From Lama glama (Eukaryota), in contig CM052818.1 in NCBI GenBank assembly GCA_028534125.1, forward strand, positions 32,118,001 to 32,182,000: a DNA stretch of 64,000 nt, in the 5' to 3' direction. Shown here piece by piece: positions 13,676-26,329 of this stretch (the first letter of the stretch is position 1; every line of letters begins with the position of its first letter). The translations under genes and the position numbers were made by a program. The notes under the pieces were generated by a model. It worked only from the letters and a program-made list of their open reading frames with translations. It did no database searches and was not told where the DNA came from.

Positions 13676-14419
13676 TTCAAATTCTACCTTTCTGGTCCAG
13701 GCAGATCCCTGAGAACCTGCAGTTCCTGCAGGCCCTTCCAACAAAGCTCTGGTCACATTCTTGTACCCCAAGAGCAGACTGATTCAACAGCTTAATCTAA
13801 AAGCCCCTTTGGCACTTCATGATTCGAGCCTCCAGCTTCCTTAATGACATTTCCTCACCCCCTGCTAAGGGATTTTTTGGCTTAAAAATGTATTACAAGT
13901 GAGAGAACCACCATCCTATTCCTGATAGTCAGTCCCTCATTGACTTTGAAACATTAAAAAGTACTTAAGAGCTCACATTTTTATTTTATCACATTTGGGA
14001 TTGCCCTTATACTAAGGATATTCTTGTTACACCATAGGCTTTTCAATTACATAGGACTCCTCTAGGACAAAGTATAATATTTTTTTTGCAGAGTCAGATA
14101 TTCAAGTGAATTTTATTGTCAGGTTTTCTTTGTAGTCATTTTAAAGCCAGCCACTATTTCTTAAGCTACCTCTGAGGGTAACTTATCTGTTGATGACACA
14201 GCTATATCTTTTTACAGTGTTCCACACCATACAACTTAAGTGCCTGGACACTGTTATTTTCAAGTAGAGATTTTTTTTTCAGTCTGTGATTTTCTGTGTC
14301 CTATTACTTGTAGTTTTAGGTGTTCATATATTTTGTAATAGGGAACAGAAGACATGGCTTAAGGTGCTTTATAATTTGAAACATAATATTTATTTCAATA
14401 ATACAAATGATATGTTTGT

Positions 14420-14615
14420 AATTTTTTTCTATTATAAAAGCAATTCATGTCCATTGAGAAGATTCATTAAATACACAAATGTACAAAACAAGAAAATAAA
14501 AATTATTCATAATCTAATCAACCAGAAGCTTTTAATCACTATTAATATTTTGGAGCATTTCCTTCCAGTCTTTTTGTAGTATACATATATATTATATATT
14601 CCATAATTGAAATTC
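14420..14615 (-). mobile_element. Old L1ME-type 3' end fragment
   Basis: 'attataaaagcaattcatgtccattg...aaaataaaaattattcataatct...actattaatattttggagcatttccttccagtcttttt'. Confidence 0.6.
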
Positions 14616-14616
14616 A

Positions 14617-14726
14617 GTGTGTGTGTGTGTGTGCATATATAGATATATACACACACATATATGAATCAGTATATATATATGAATCATGTATGTGTGTATA
14701 CACACACACACACACACACACACACA
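14617..14726. repeat. Compound (TG)n/(TA)n/(CA)n microsatellite
   Basis: Visible dinucleotide runs, including an uninterrupted (CA)n at ~14701-14726. Confidence 0.95.
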
Positions 14727-16299
14727 TCATTCTCATAGCCCACTATTTTCACTTAGGGTCATGTGATTTTAAATCAAGAGCTAGCTGCCCTTTGCTCTCT
14801 GGATCTATTGCAGCCCCCTTCCTTCTTTAAAGATGGTGGTGCCATAAGCTTTCATGGTGTCCCTAATAAAAGGTATTAGGAAGAGAGCAGTTTGCTTTAG
14901 GATTATGCAATGCCTCAGTGTCACCCCTAGTTTTCTACACTGAGTCCTATTACACTAGTCCGTAAGCAAAGAAAACAAACAGAAAAAACACAAGTATTAA
15001 AAAATATTCTTTGAACTTCAGTTTTCTCCTCTATTGAAGTGAGGAGATAGAGTAGGTGGTAAAATTTTGGCTCAGCCTCCTTCAGCAAAAATTGGCATTG
15101 GCAACACCACTCTCCTCATGCAGACAGTGCTTAGCCCTTCTCCTGTCCACCCTCCTCAGCCCTGTGTCCTGCACCTGCCCTGCTGTCCTCTTCCTACCCC
15201 CAGAGGCATTCTGCATCTCTTTGTCTGATGGAGAGGAGAGAGAGCGCTCCAGGAGCTTTCGAGGTTTTCATTAAACATGATGCCAGCCGAGCAGCAGTAC
15301 ATATTAAAACTTTTATTAAAAATACTACTTAGGTTCCACGTTAATCAGGAAGCCACATCTTCCCTTAATGGACAGAATTACTCATTAGATTGTTAGATCC
15401 AGTGAGACCTCTCGGCTGTCAGATTTTTTTTCCCTAATGCAAAAATCTGTCTGAGTCACTTTTATGTTAGGAATTAATAAATTTATTATTTGATTGGTTA
15501 TGTAATTTTAAGAAAAGGGCACCTGGCTTAGTTGAGGAATTTCTGACAGCTCCATGGCAAATGGAACGACTCAGCACCAAATTAGCAGCATCAATTCATA
15601 GTCTTACATGATTTATCATCTTTCACATGCTCTGAAGCACAACAGATATGATAGCTCTGGGAATGAGCACTAAATCTCCTCTCCCTCACCACCTTGTTGA
15701 CAGTAGCTACTTAAGTAGAGTCTGATTTGTGAGGCTGGCCAGTCTCGCTGTCCACTACCTCTAACACCACCAGTCGGGGAATTGGGTTTCCAAAAGACTG
15801 TCTCTTTTCTTCCAATTTCCTTCACCTAACTTTGATTAATAGTCTCATATTTCCCAGGTACTTTTCTGTGGCCTTAAAGAATTTCATTGATTTTGTCTTA
15901 CTTCCAGTGTTGGAGTGGGTGGTATCTTCATGTACATTTTGAAGTCCAGAGATGCTAAGAGATACTGACTAGCCCATAGTTACACAAACTAAAGAGCCAG
16001 TGGCCTAGGCTGGAATGTTCCCTCTAGGGAGGAAGTCAGTGCCCGGCAAGGCTCCTTTGGACCCCACCGTAAAGAGTAATGATAAAAGACCTCATGGAAC
16101 ACTTTATGAGATCTGACCTCATTCAAGATGTAGTACACAATATCCACTCCTGAAGTATTCCTGGGAGGCTCCCCATGTGCTTGCAATGTTCCTTATTAGG
16201 AGTCAGACCTGCCCCAGTGTGACTGGGAAATTCTCAAGTAGCCAGAGTCCTTGCCACCATGTCAACACTCTTCTAGAGTTTACTTTCTCAAACTCTTGT

Positions 16300-17100
16300 C
16301 TGCTGCTAGCCTGTTACTGTTAGAGTTTCCCACTCGGTTTCATGAGCGACTCATAAATCCTTAACATGGCACAAGGCTCTCAGAATCTGACTCTGATCAG
16401 CCCTCCAGGCTCCGCTTTCCGCTCCCTATCCCCCAGCCATTCTGAGTTTCTGTCATTTCTTTAAAGGTCCAAACTCCTCTTGCCTTCAGTCTTCAGATAT
16501 CTTTCTCCCTTTGCCTAGAACACTTTCAGGTAAGGAAAGATGGTTTGGGGGAAGATGTAGTGAGTTGTTAGGAGATGCTGAGAGAAAGGGACAGCAAAAC
16601 ATTTGGAATGTCTGTAGGCTACTAAAAAGGTAGAACGTGGGGAATGAGATTGAGACGGTGGATCCAAGGGTCGTTTTCAGAGAGCGTGATTGAAGCTATC
16701 AGTGGAAATACAGGGAGAAGTGCATTGGTCCCAGAACAGTGCTTCTAGTGGAGTTTGGGGAAAGAAAAATCTAGCAAACGGGTGAGATAGAAACAGGTTC
16801 AACTGGGGAGATCAGAGGTAAGAAGAAAGTAATAGTGTGTTATTGGAAGTAAATGAGGAGAGCTAACATCTGTTGAGTTTCTAGTAGGTGCCAACACTAT
16901 TTGGTGGTTTATACACATGTAGCTGAAACTCGGACCTAACGTTCACATTGTCTCCAGCTTATAAATCCCCAGAGAGATTCCAGTGCCAACTATTACAGAG
17001 ATCAGTAAGGATGAAGGTTGAGAACAATCACTGAATCGAACTAAGGAAATCATTGATAATTATCAACAGATGAGACACTGTACAAATGAGGCCTAGTTTT
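16300..17100. mobile_element. L2 fragments (sense ~16300-16525, antisense ~16530-17100)
   Basis: aaatccttaacatggcacaaggctct and tttgcctagaacacttt (sense); agatcagtaaggatgaaggttgagaa (antisense). Confidence 0.5.
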
Positions 17101-19393
17101 AGTATTTATCGTCTTTAGGGTGTAATAGAAGAAACACTGGATTAGAAATACAGAGGATCTATTCTTAACTCTTCGATTAACTGGCTAAGTCATCAAGGCA
17201 CTTGACTTTATTTTCTACAACTATGAAATGGGATATATTATTAAAGGATTTTGTCCTCCAGCTCTTACTGGAGTCCATTATCCTAACCTAGTGAGTTTTT
17301 CTAGAAATGTGCTTACCTGACATACTGCTGTGTGAGGCAGACTCATTGCCTATTTTGTTCACTGTTGTGTCCATAGAACCTAAAACAGTGCCTGGAACAT
17401 AGTAGACAATGAATATTTATCAGTTACATATTTCTTTCATTAATCTAAAACAAAACATAGGCATTGTCATGTTTGAAACTTGGATACTTAGAACAGTATA
17501 TTAAAAATTAAACTTCAAGAATAACAGGTGAAAATACTGATTATTCTGAAATACCTAAAATAAAGTGAATATTCAAATATATTTTTATTCTAGTTAGGAA
17601 ATAATGGGAAATTAGAGTTTAAAAGGAGAAAAGCAAAGAAATGTGAGCATCACTGGTCTAAACTGCTCTGCCTTTGATATATTAAAATTGGAAAGATATT
17701 AAGTTAATCTGAATCTCTACCAATAGCTGAAATATTATTAGTCAGACAGTGTTCATGAAATTGGGGAAAATAAAACCAAATTGTAATAAGGACAGTTCTC
17801 GCTGGGTTTCAGGCCAACCATCTTGGATTATACTACAGCCTGGGAATACAGACCTTTTGTATATACTTTTTGGTGTTCGTCTTCTCTTTCTAGAACTGTT
17901 TCATTTTCTGGTTATAAATTAGCCACTGTTCATGATAGAACATTTTGAAAATACGTAATTGTAGAAAGAGAAAAATAGAAACTACCCATAACCCTAGCTG
18001 GTAGTGATGCCCTGTTTTACTATTTTAGAATGCTCCCTCCCCACATCTTTTTTCTAACATACTAATTTTTCATGTAGCCCCTCACACTGAGGCTGATGTA
18101 GCCATTGGCAGTAGACTGATATCTGGGAGGCCCATTGGTAAGTGGTGAGCTCTCCACATCCCCTCCACCTTCTGGAGAATGAGAATTGGGCCCAGTCACC
18201 TGGGCTCCTAGGGACTGTGTGGACACTCTCCTTTACTCAGAACTCCCTGAACACAGTCTTGGCCCCATTTTCTCATTGTCTCACCAGCACACAGCTCCTG
18301 GAGTGCAAGATATCTCATCTCAGACCACAGTTCACTTTGGTCAGTGTCCAGGGCTCTCCTATGCTCTCTTCTCAGTTCAGAATTCCCTCAGCTTCAGAGA
18401 ACCTTTTCTGTGGACTTTGCTTTCACAGCCATCACTTTATCTCATCAGACATGTTTCATTCATGTATTTTGTTTTAAAATTTATAGAATTTTCCTTTACT
18501 TGAAAATGTTTCTCTTTGTCTTCCTCTCTTTCCCCTCCTGCCATGTTTTCTTATTGAGGGAGACTCTTTAAGTCTGTTACCATGCAGAGTAATCTCAAAT
18601 TCTACCCAAGACAAGTAAGCAAATATGGACAAGGTAGCCACTACCTAGTGCCCTGGCTTCAGGGTGGACCACTCTGAAACCAAGTTCTATTTAGCAAAAG
18701 TTGAAATTGCTTTCAGATATCTAAACAGCAAGAAAAAAGTGGAAAATAATCATAATATTTCCTAATATTAAGATACTATGCTTCTTGTAATCTAAATGTT
18801 TTGAATATTCATCTACTTAGCATCACACAGGAAAGAAATCTGGGTGAAAGATTGATTTTTCAATTTTCATCCAGATGTTTTAATAGTGTAAAAAGATTTA
18901 GCTGCATGACTTCCTCTCCATTTAAAATTATGTCTTGTAAACACTATGATCCTTTTCATTCCTTCCCTTTGCATTATATGGGACCTCATTTTTCCAGCCT
19001 CCTTGCCACACCCTCCCCAACTCCAGTTTTTGTTTAGAAAAATAGAGATCTCCACTTCATTGTGTTCTTTTGAGACAAATGAAGAACAAAGAGAAAATTC
19101 CACCCCTCTTCAGACACCCTACACCTATATATACCTGAAGCTAGTGAATGTTTTACAACTGGATCTCCAAAGAAGAGAGGAGATCTTGTTTGTAGTGTAA
19201 ACCAACCCACTATAGCCAGTTCTAAGGTACTGACGTGATTTTACTGAATGTGGAGTTGGGAAGAGATGCACAGTTCACACCATTATGTGGTATATCCACT
19301 GTGTGTGTATAAATATACAGCCTCAAAAACACAGATACTAGTGATTAATTTGATGTATTGATTATCTTTGTTCTTAATTTAATTTATTTAATC

Positions 19394-19599
19394 CAGGATT
19401 CTCACTCTTGGTTCTGTTGGCATTTGGGGCTGTGTAACTTTCTGTTAGAGGGTCTACCCTGTGACTGTAGGATGCTCGGCAGCATCCCTCAGCCTCCACC
19501 CACAAGAGGCCAGGAGCACTCCTCAGCTGTGACAACCAAAAACCTCCAGACATTGTGAGAAGTCTCCTGGGTGCAAAATCGCCCCAGTGAGAAGCACTG
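19394..19599. mobile_element. MER20 hAT-Charlie element
   Basis: caggattctca...tgtaggatgctcggcagcatccct...tgtgacaaccaaaaacctccagacattg...gagaagcactg. TSD atttaatc / atttaact. Confidence 0.9.
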
Positions 19600-20586
19600 A
19601 TTTAACTGTAAGTTTGTATACTTTACTTTTAATGATTAAACTGTACTTAACAACCTTCTCTCAAAACTCCTGAAATTTTAAGAGTCAGTTCTTACTCACT
19701 CACTACTGCGTCTCCCATAGAGAAGCTTGTCCTGAGACTGTACCATTTTGCCATGGTCACAGAGTGTATCAGAGGGAATAAAAAGAGGAGCGTTCAGCTG
19801 TACGTTCTGACCTTTTTGATTTCTGCATTTAACCACTGGGTTTGTCTCATCTCAATAAGCAGAGCAACATCTTTCTTTCATTTCTTTGAATTAAAGAGTG
19901 TCTTGGCTGACTGTCAATTTTCTTCCAAAGTAGACTTTACTTTGTGCACAGCCCTAGAGTTCCCTCTAAGGTGAGTGTGATTTTCTGTTCAGTCAAAATT
20001 AAGAACTGCCCCCTCCCCAGAGGTCCTTATGTGCTTTCTAAGGAAGCCAGCTTTGGAGTGAGAGATAAGGGGCAGAGAATGAAGGGAGAAGGGGTTGCTA
20101 AGGCTGTGTTAGGCAGTGATTTAGGTGAAGAGTCAACTTTCTGAGTCTTGGGAAGGACTGCGTTCTGAAACAAGAAATTCTAGTCTGTCCTGATCTCTCT
20201 ACTCCAGTGGAAGGGGGTTGGAATGTGAAAATGTGAGCTGAGAGCTCTGCCTGGCCATGGGGATTAGGTCTCATCTGTGGGGATCGATGGGAAAGGAGAT
20301 GAGCTTCTGTAGCTGTTTGAGGTCATCTCCAGCTATTTCCCTTTCTGGCCCTTTCCTGACCTCTAGATGCCGCCACCTGCTGCTCTAATCAAATGCCCAG
20401 TGGCCCTTCATAGACCAAAGTTATCTTTGGCTTCATCCAAAGCTTCCACTGCACATGCCAACCAGGCACAAAAGTAATGTAACCTATGGGGAAATCAGTC
20501 CCGCTTGTGAGGACCAGTTAGTAACCCACTGTCCTTTGTGTGTCAGCAGAAATTTTTCCATTATTGGTAGCGTTTGTCCAGGAGGA

Positions 20587-21012
20587 TATATTGGTTTCTG
20601 AGGGCTGCTGTGGCAAATTACCACACTCTAGGTAGCTTAAGACAATGGAAATTTATTATCTTATGGGCTGTAGGCCAAAAGTCTGAAATCAAGGTGTCAG
20701 CAGCGCCAGGTTCCTTTTGAAGTCTCTAGGGGAGAATCCTTCCTGGCTCTCCCACCTTCTGGTGGTTCCTGGTGTTCCTCGGCCTACATTAGTACTCTAA
20801 TCCCCATCTCCGTCTTCACATATCTTTCTTCCCTGTATGTCTATGTCTCAATTTTTCCTCTCTTGTCTCTTTTAAGAGCACCAGTCATTAGATTCATGGT
20901 CCATCTAAACTTAAAATCATCTGCAAAAACCCTATTTCCAAATAAGGTCACTTTCACAGATGCTGGAAGCTAAGACTACATCTTTTTGAGGGACACTGTT
21001 CTACCCACTGTA
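20587..21012 (-). mobile_element. MLT1C-like MaLR solo LTR
   Basis: agggctgctgtggcaaattaccaca, gtctgaaatcaaggtgtcagcag, tctaggggagaatccttcct, ccctatttccaaataaggtcac. GAGGA on both flanks. Confidence 0.85.
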
Positions 21013-23269
21013 AGAGGATTGGGACTGAGGGTTATTCCTTCTTCTCCCTAGAGGACTCACCTTGTATGGCCACCTAACACTGAAACTAGCCATGAAATGA
21101 AGAGAAAGAAGCTGTGGCCTCCAGTTATGCTCTCTCCAGGTGCAGGGAGAGATGAAACATGCTTACATGCCTTTCATCTCCTGCCAGCTTCATGTTGGGA
21201 AAGCAGCCCCTCAGCCAAGAGGGATCCTTTCCAACCCCGAGCAGTCTGCTTAAGCCAGGGCAGATTAAGGAGCAGAGGGGGCTTGCAGGATGGGCTCAGA
21301 CCTGACCTGAGGGAAGCAGGGAGCTGAATCCCAAGGCTCTCAGTGCTTCACAGCTCAGTTCCCAGAGCAGCAAAGAGATGGGGTGATGTGGCCAAGGCTG
21401 GGGCTGGGGTGGGCCTGTAGCACTACAGGGGCAAAGGATGGGGATTAGATGAGATACGAGGATAAGGAGGGGCCCCAGAGGGGCAAAAGGTGCTCTGGGA
21501 TCCTTCTGAGTACCTAACGAGGCATCAGCTCTTGGTGACTCAAGGGGTCCTGGGCCCTTCCCTCATTTTCATTCCACTCCCTCAGGCTTCTACCTGAGGA
21601 TTTGTCATCAGAGTTTTCTTGGGGACAAGTCTCTAGTGACAGTTTCTCCAGCCCTAAATGTTGGTAGCCTTGACTTTGTACCCAAGGTAGAAAGGGATCT
21701 TAAAAAGACTGGCAGAAAGAGATCTTAAGCCAAAAAGGCTACAGACAGACCCATGAGAAAGACAGCAGAAAGAATAAAACCTAGAATGAATTCAGGCCCT
21801 GAAAGATGCTAGTGACAGCCCAAAAGGTTTGTTTTATTTCTGGTAACAGTAAAAATAAAAGGGCACAGGCCACTGCTCAGGGAAGACAATGTAATTTATA
21901 TAACTAAGGTTCTGGGCATTGATTATTTTTATAAAAAGCATTCTTTTTTTTCTTTCCTTTCTTCTACAGGCCCCCTCCTTCCTCTTCTCCCATTTCTCTC
22001 TCTGTCTTTGCTGCTCTCCTTCCTTGCTTCCCTTTTCTGTCTGACCTTTAGTAAGACAAATCCAAAACTCAGTCTTCAAGGGATTGTTTTAATACTCTAC
22101 GTTCATTTCCATCTCCTTAAATTCTGGCGGAGTTCAGCCTCCACCTGCGCTTCTCTGGTGTTTTATACTTTCCTGTCTTTCCAGCCATCAGCATTAATGT
22201 TTCACAGTGTAATGGAAGACACAGCCATTCCTACTCGCCTTACTCCAGCCCTCCTGCATTCCTGTCTTACTTTCTATGCTTCTCTTTGTTAACTGTACTA
22301 ACTGTGGCTCACTGGGTATTTTGGTAAGCCTGGTTGGTATTCTTGGAGATCCCAAACTTAAGAGGAGCTTTAACTCTTTGAACTTCTAGTAACTGAAAGG
22401 ACAAGAGAACTTAGTGTCAGAATGAGGAACTCCGAAAGACCTGATAAATAAAATTGGTTTAGGAGGCATCAGTGTTTTGTTTTAATATAGGGGATACTGA
22501 ACGTGAACATGAGTTTGGATGTGAAAAACGCAATCTTTAAAAATGGCCAACTGAAAACAAACTCTGGAACCATGCATGATTTGGTTCTTTCACTGTAGAC
22601 TAAGTAATGCAGTATAAATTAGCGACCAATTTTCAAGACATTAAAATATAATAAAATTACCAATAGCATCATGTTTAGAAGAACTAAATTATTTCATGGT
22701 TAAGAATACAAGCATTCTTCTTAGAGTGCCCACAGTCATAATTATGTAAATGGTCATCATTGCCCTGTAGATGTGGGCGCAGTTGGCTGACAAAGTTCTT
22801 TCGATGACAAGCCAGCTTTGACTGTGGCAGGATGGCATTCCAGGGGCAACTCTTCCCTAATGAGTTCAATAATGTCTTATTCCCTGACACATAGAGAGTT
22901 TGACTTGATGACCTCAAAGTCCTTCCAGACTGGTGAGTTGACAATCCATTCTGCCAAAGAGCCTCCACCTGGCACAGACATAACCACTCCCTGGCCACAG
23001 ATGCTATCTTTATAGGACTAATTTATGCCAGTTCTCTGAATACTGATCAGTCCCTTTTGATCTAGATCATGTGCTGAAAATGTTTACTCATCTGTAAAAT
23101 GGGAATAGTGCAACTTCCCATGCTAGTGCCATGGATGAGAAAGCCTTGACTGTACAATAATAGTAGAGTGACCCAATGCTTTGGGATATCATTGTCATTG
23201 TCAATGATAGTCAGTGTCTTGAAGACAGCAGACTGAGTTTTTGCAGTTTCTCTGACACCTGTGATACTG

Positions 23270-23470
23270 CAAGCTGTGTGGTATAGCAGAGCCCACAAAG
23301 TTCAGGACTCCAAAGACTTATGTTAGAGTTCCAACACTACTGCTTATAAGCTGTGTGACCTTGAGCAAGTTGCTCTGTCTCTGCCCCTCAGTGTGCTCAG
23401 TGTGCAAACTGAGGCCCACTACATCTTTCCTGGACCCTTCTTTGTACAGGACTATTGTGAAGATCTGTCC
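23270..23470 (+). mobile_element. MIR SINE
   Basis: 'actactgcttataagctgtgtgaccttgagcaagttgct...cctcag...ggactattgtgaagat'. Confidence 0.7.
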
Positions 23471-23979
23471 CCATATGAAAAAGAATGAGGTTGGACTAGG
23501 TTAAAGGTTCTTCACCTTCTCCCATCACGCAGCTCTGGGACATCCTTGACAGTTGGTCCTGCACATGAACTTCACCTGTCATTCATGTCTTGGCAGATCC
23601 CTCTCACTACCGTAAGAGAGCAGATCAAAATGAAGTGAGGGAGAACAGCACTCTGATAATGAAAATGTCAAATCTGCTCTAATTTATAAATAGACATAAA
23701 TCACTTGAAAGCTTTGGTAGTATATTATAGAGAGCAAATTACTTGATACACCTCACTTGTCGCTGCTCTGTGGTTGAAAACTTCGGAGATAATAAGATTT
23801 CTTCCACCTCTCAAGATCTCAAGCCTCATGTGTGTGTTCAGGCTGTATAACTGTAATTGTTGACTATGATGATACCAAACGTATACACAGAGAATGGGTC
23901 CAACAGAAACCCTCCCAGAAGAGAACAAGGAGCTCATCTGCCAGTACCCAAGTGTGTTCACACAGGTGATAGAATAGTA

Positions 23980-24291
23980 CAGGGGTCATCTGTAACCTGC
24001 AGGCCAAATCTGGCCCTCAAGTTAAGAATGGCTTTTACATTTCAAATGGTTTTTAAAAAAAATCAAAAGAAGAAAACTATTTTGTGACACATAAAAATGA
24101 TGTGAAATTCAAATTTGTGTCCATAAATAAAGTTTTATTGGAACACAGCCAAGTGCATTTGTTTGCATATTACCTATGACCACTTTCCCCGCAACAGCCA
24201 AATTAAGTCACTTGTAATAGAAACTATCTGACCCAAATGGCTTGAAATATTTACTATCTGATCCTTTACAGAAAATATTCACCAGCTCCTG
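23980..24291. mobile_element. MER58B-like hAT MITE
   Basis: caggggtc...cctg termini and internal ccataaataaagttttattggaacacagcc. 8-bp TSD gaatagta (23972-23979) / gaatagca (24292-24299). Confidence 0.9.
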
Positions 24292-24381
24292 GAATAGCAT
24301 GTGACTCATCTTACCTCAACCCCCAAATCTGAGAGAAAAAGAGAGTTTAATTTCTACTTCATCTCTTTCTCCACAAATAAT

Positions 24382-24780
24382 TAGAGTATATAATTTGTTG
24401 TCCAAACTGAGACCTTTTTGAGAGTGCCTCAGTCCTTTCAGGCTGCTATAACAAAATACCACAGATTGGGTAGTTTATAAACAACAGAAATTTATTTCTC
24501 ACAGTTCTGAAGGTTGAAGTCTGAGATCAAGGTACCATCATGGTCAGGTGGGGGCCCTCTTCCAGCTTGCAGACTTCTTGTGTCTACACGGGGCAGAATG
24601 AGGTTGGGAGCTCTGTGGAGTCTCATATATAGGAGCACTAATCCCAAAGGCCCACCTTCTAATTAACATCACATGGGGCATTAGAATTTCAAAACACATT
24701 CAGACCTTGGCAGAGAGTGAAAAGGCCAGTAGGCATAGACTAAGACAGAACTGGGAAAGCTAGGACACATGGTCACCCTA
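24382..24780. mobile_element. MER81-like hAT-Blackjack element, split by an MLT1A
   Basis: tataatttgttgtccaaactgagacctttttgagag | tgaaaagg...ggacacatggtcacccta. Confidence 0.7.
24425..24712 (-). mobile_element. MLT1A-like MaLR solo LTR
   Basis: TG...CA termini, ggctgctataacaaaataccacaga, acattcagaccttggca. Exact 5-bp TSD gagag (24420-24424 / 24713-24717). Confidence 0.9.
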
Positions 24781-26329
24781 CTTAAAATTCCTGGTGTGAG
24801 CAAACTAAAGTTTGTCAGGGTGGGGACAAAAGGTTCTGGTGGCCCAAACTCTAAGGGCTTCTCTGGCTTCTTTAGCTAGAAGAGGCAACTCTGTGCAAGA
24901 CTGGAGAGGAGGGCTGGACAGAGAGCTGACCTCCCTTCACGCTATACAGCTCACTCTGCCTGCCTACCTCTTTCATCTGTCCCACACCTTCATTGTTTAG
25001 GCAGTGTTTCAGTATTACTATACATTCTTGCTTTTGGAGGAATAAGCTAATTTTTTTAGCACATAAAAGAATATTGAACACAATATAAACACAGTCTCTC
25101 ATCTTTATTCATTTTTAAAATTTACTAAACTATGTCCGTCACCCAGCTCTACTTATTTGTGTGGGAAGTATGGATGAAAGAAGACAAAGACGTGCGAAGC
25201 TGCTGACAGGCATTTTCAGGAAAACCAAAAGCAAAATGCTAAGTGTTTGCCGCAGGCCAGAGAACTGACACAGTAGCATGTGGTTGAACTGAAAAAGGAA
25301 GTGGTTTTCAGATGCTGAGACCTTTGGTTCCTCCACCTAGTTCATCTCAGGGATAAAAAAAAAACCCAAAAAACCAAAAACCTGATTGACTCTGGTAGGG
25401 GCAGAAGGAAAAAGTGATCTCTCAGAAAAGTCAGGGCCATACCACCTTGGGCTTTATATTTCATTGTGAAATCACTGCTTTGAGTTGTGCTTAAATGTAA
25501 GTTCACAGCCTAAGCCATTATGAAAGACAGATAAAACGCATCAGGCAACAGCCAGGGATCATGGGTCTGCTGTATAGAAAACCAGGGACTCAGTGTCTGT
25601 GCCTGGGTCTGAAACTTGGGAACATCCTGTTCCTTTTCACATACGGGGAAATATATTAGTGGCCCTCCAGTTGCCCTGGGGTGTCTCCTAACTTGGCCCA
25701 CCGTGGGAGCAGAGCTAACTCTCAAGACTAAGGGGAGGGAGAGGTAGGGTGATGCAGGTGCAAAGCTATGATTTAGGCCACACACTCATGGACAGGTAAG
25801 CCTGTGCCTCTCACAGCTTCATAGATCCCCCACCCCAATGCTCCTACATCCTGGATTTTGTCCTGTTGAGTCTGAGACTCAGCTAAAAGTCATAAAGAAA
25901 AATTATCCCTACCTCTGGGAACCATCCCGAGGATTTTACTTCCCAGCTTTTGCTTTTGTTTGCTGTAATCTACTAGAAAGAAAAAGGATATGTATATAAT
26001 GGTAAAATTTGGGTTCTTGTCCCTAGATGCTAAAGGTACTGTATATTTTTTGGTATGTGGCAGTGGTGGGCAGGGGGAGGTACATCCTCCTGATTCACTT
26101 CTAATCACTGCATAAGTTGTTATCTGCATTACTTTCTCCAAAGAGGCCAGGCTAAATGAACACTAAAAGTGTTCCTATTTCCCAGGTTAGAGAGCAGAAC
26201 CACTAGCCAAAAAGGTCTTGGAGAGGACTGATGTATTCCCTTGGGCTCAAGCCTTGAGCCTTCAACAGAAGCCCAAAATATACCAAAATAAATTCTGGGT
26301 TTTAGTTAAATTTAGTTAAATTTAAAAGA

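Noticed and set aside
19968..19976. Strong splice-donor-like site (AAG|GTGAGT), with similar ones near 16530 and 25796
   Set aside because: No paired acceptor and open frame forming a credible exon. Such 9-mers occur by chance, and non-coding exons cannot be judged without RNA data.
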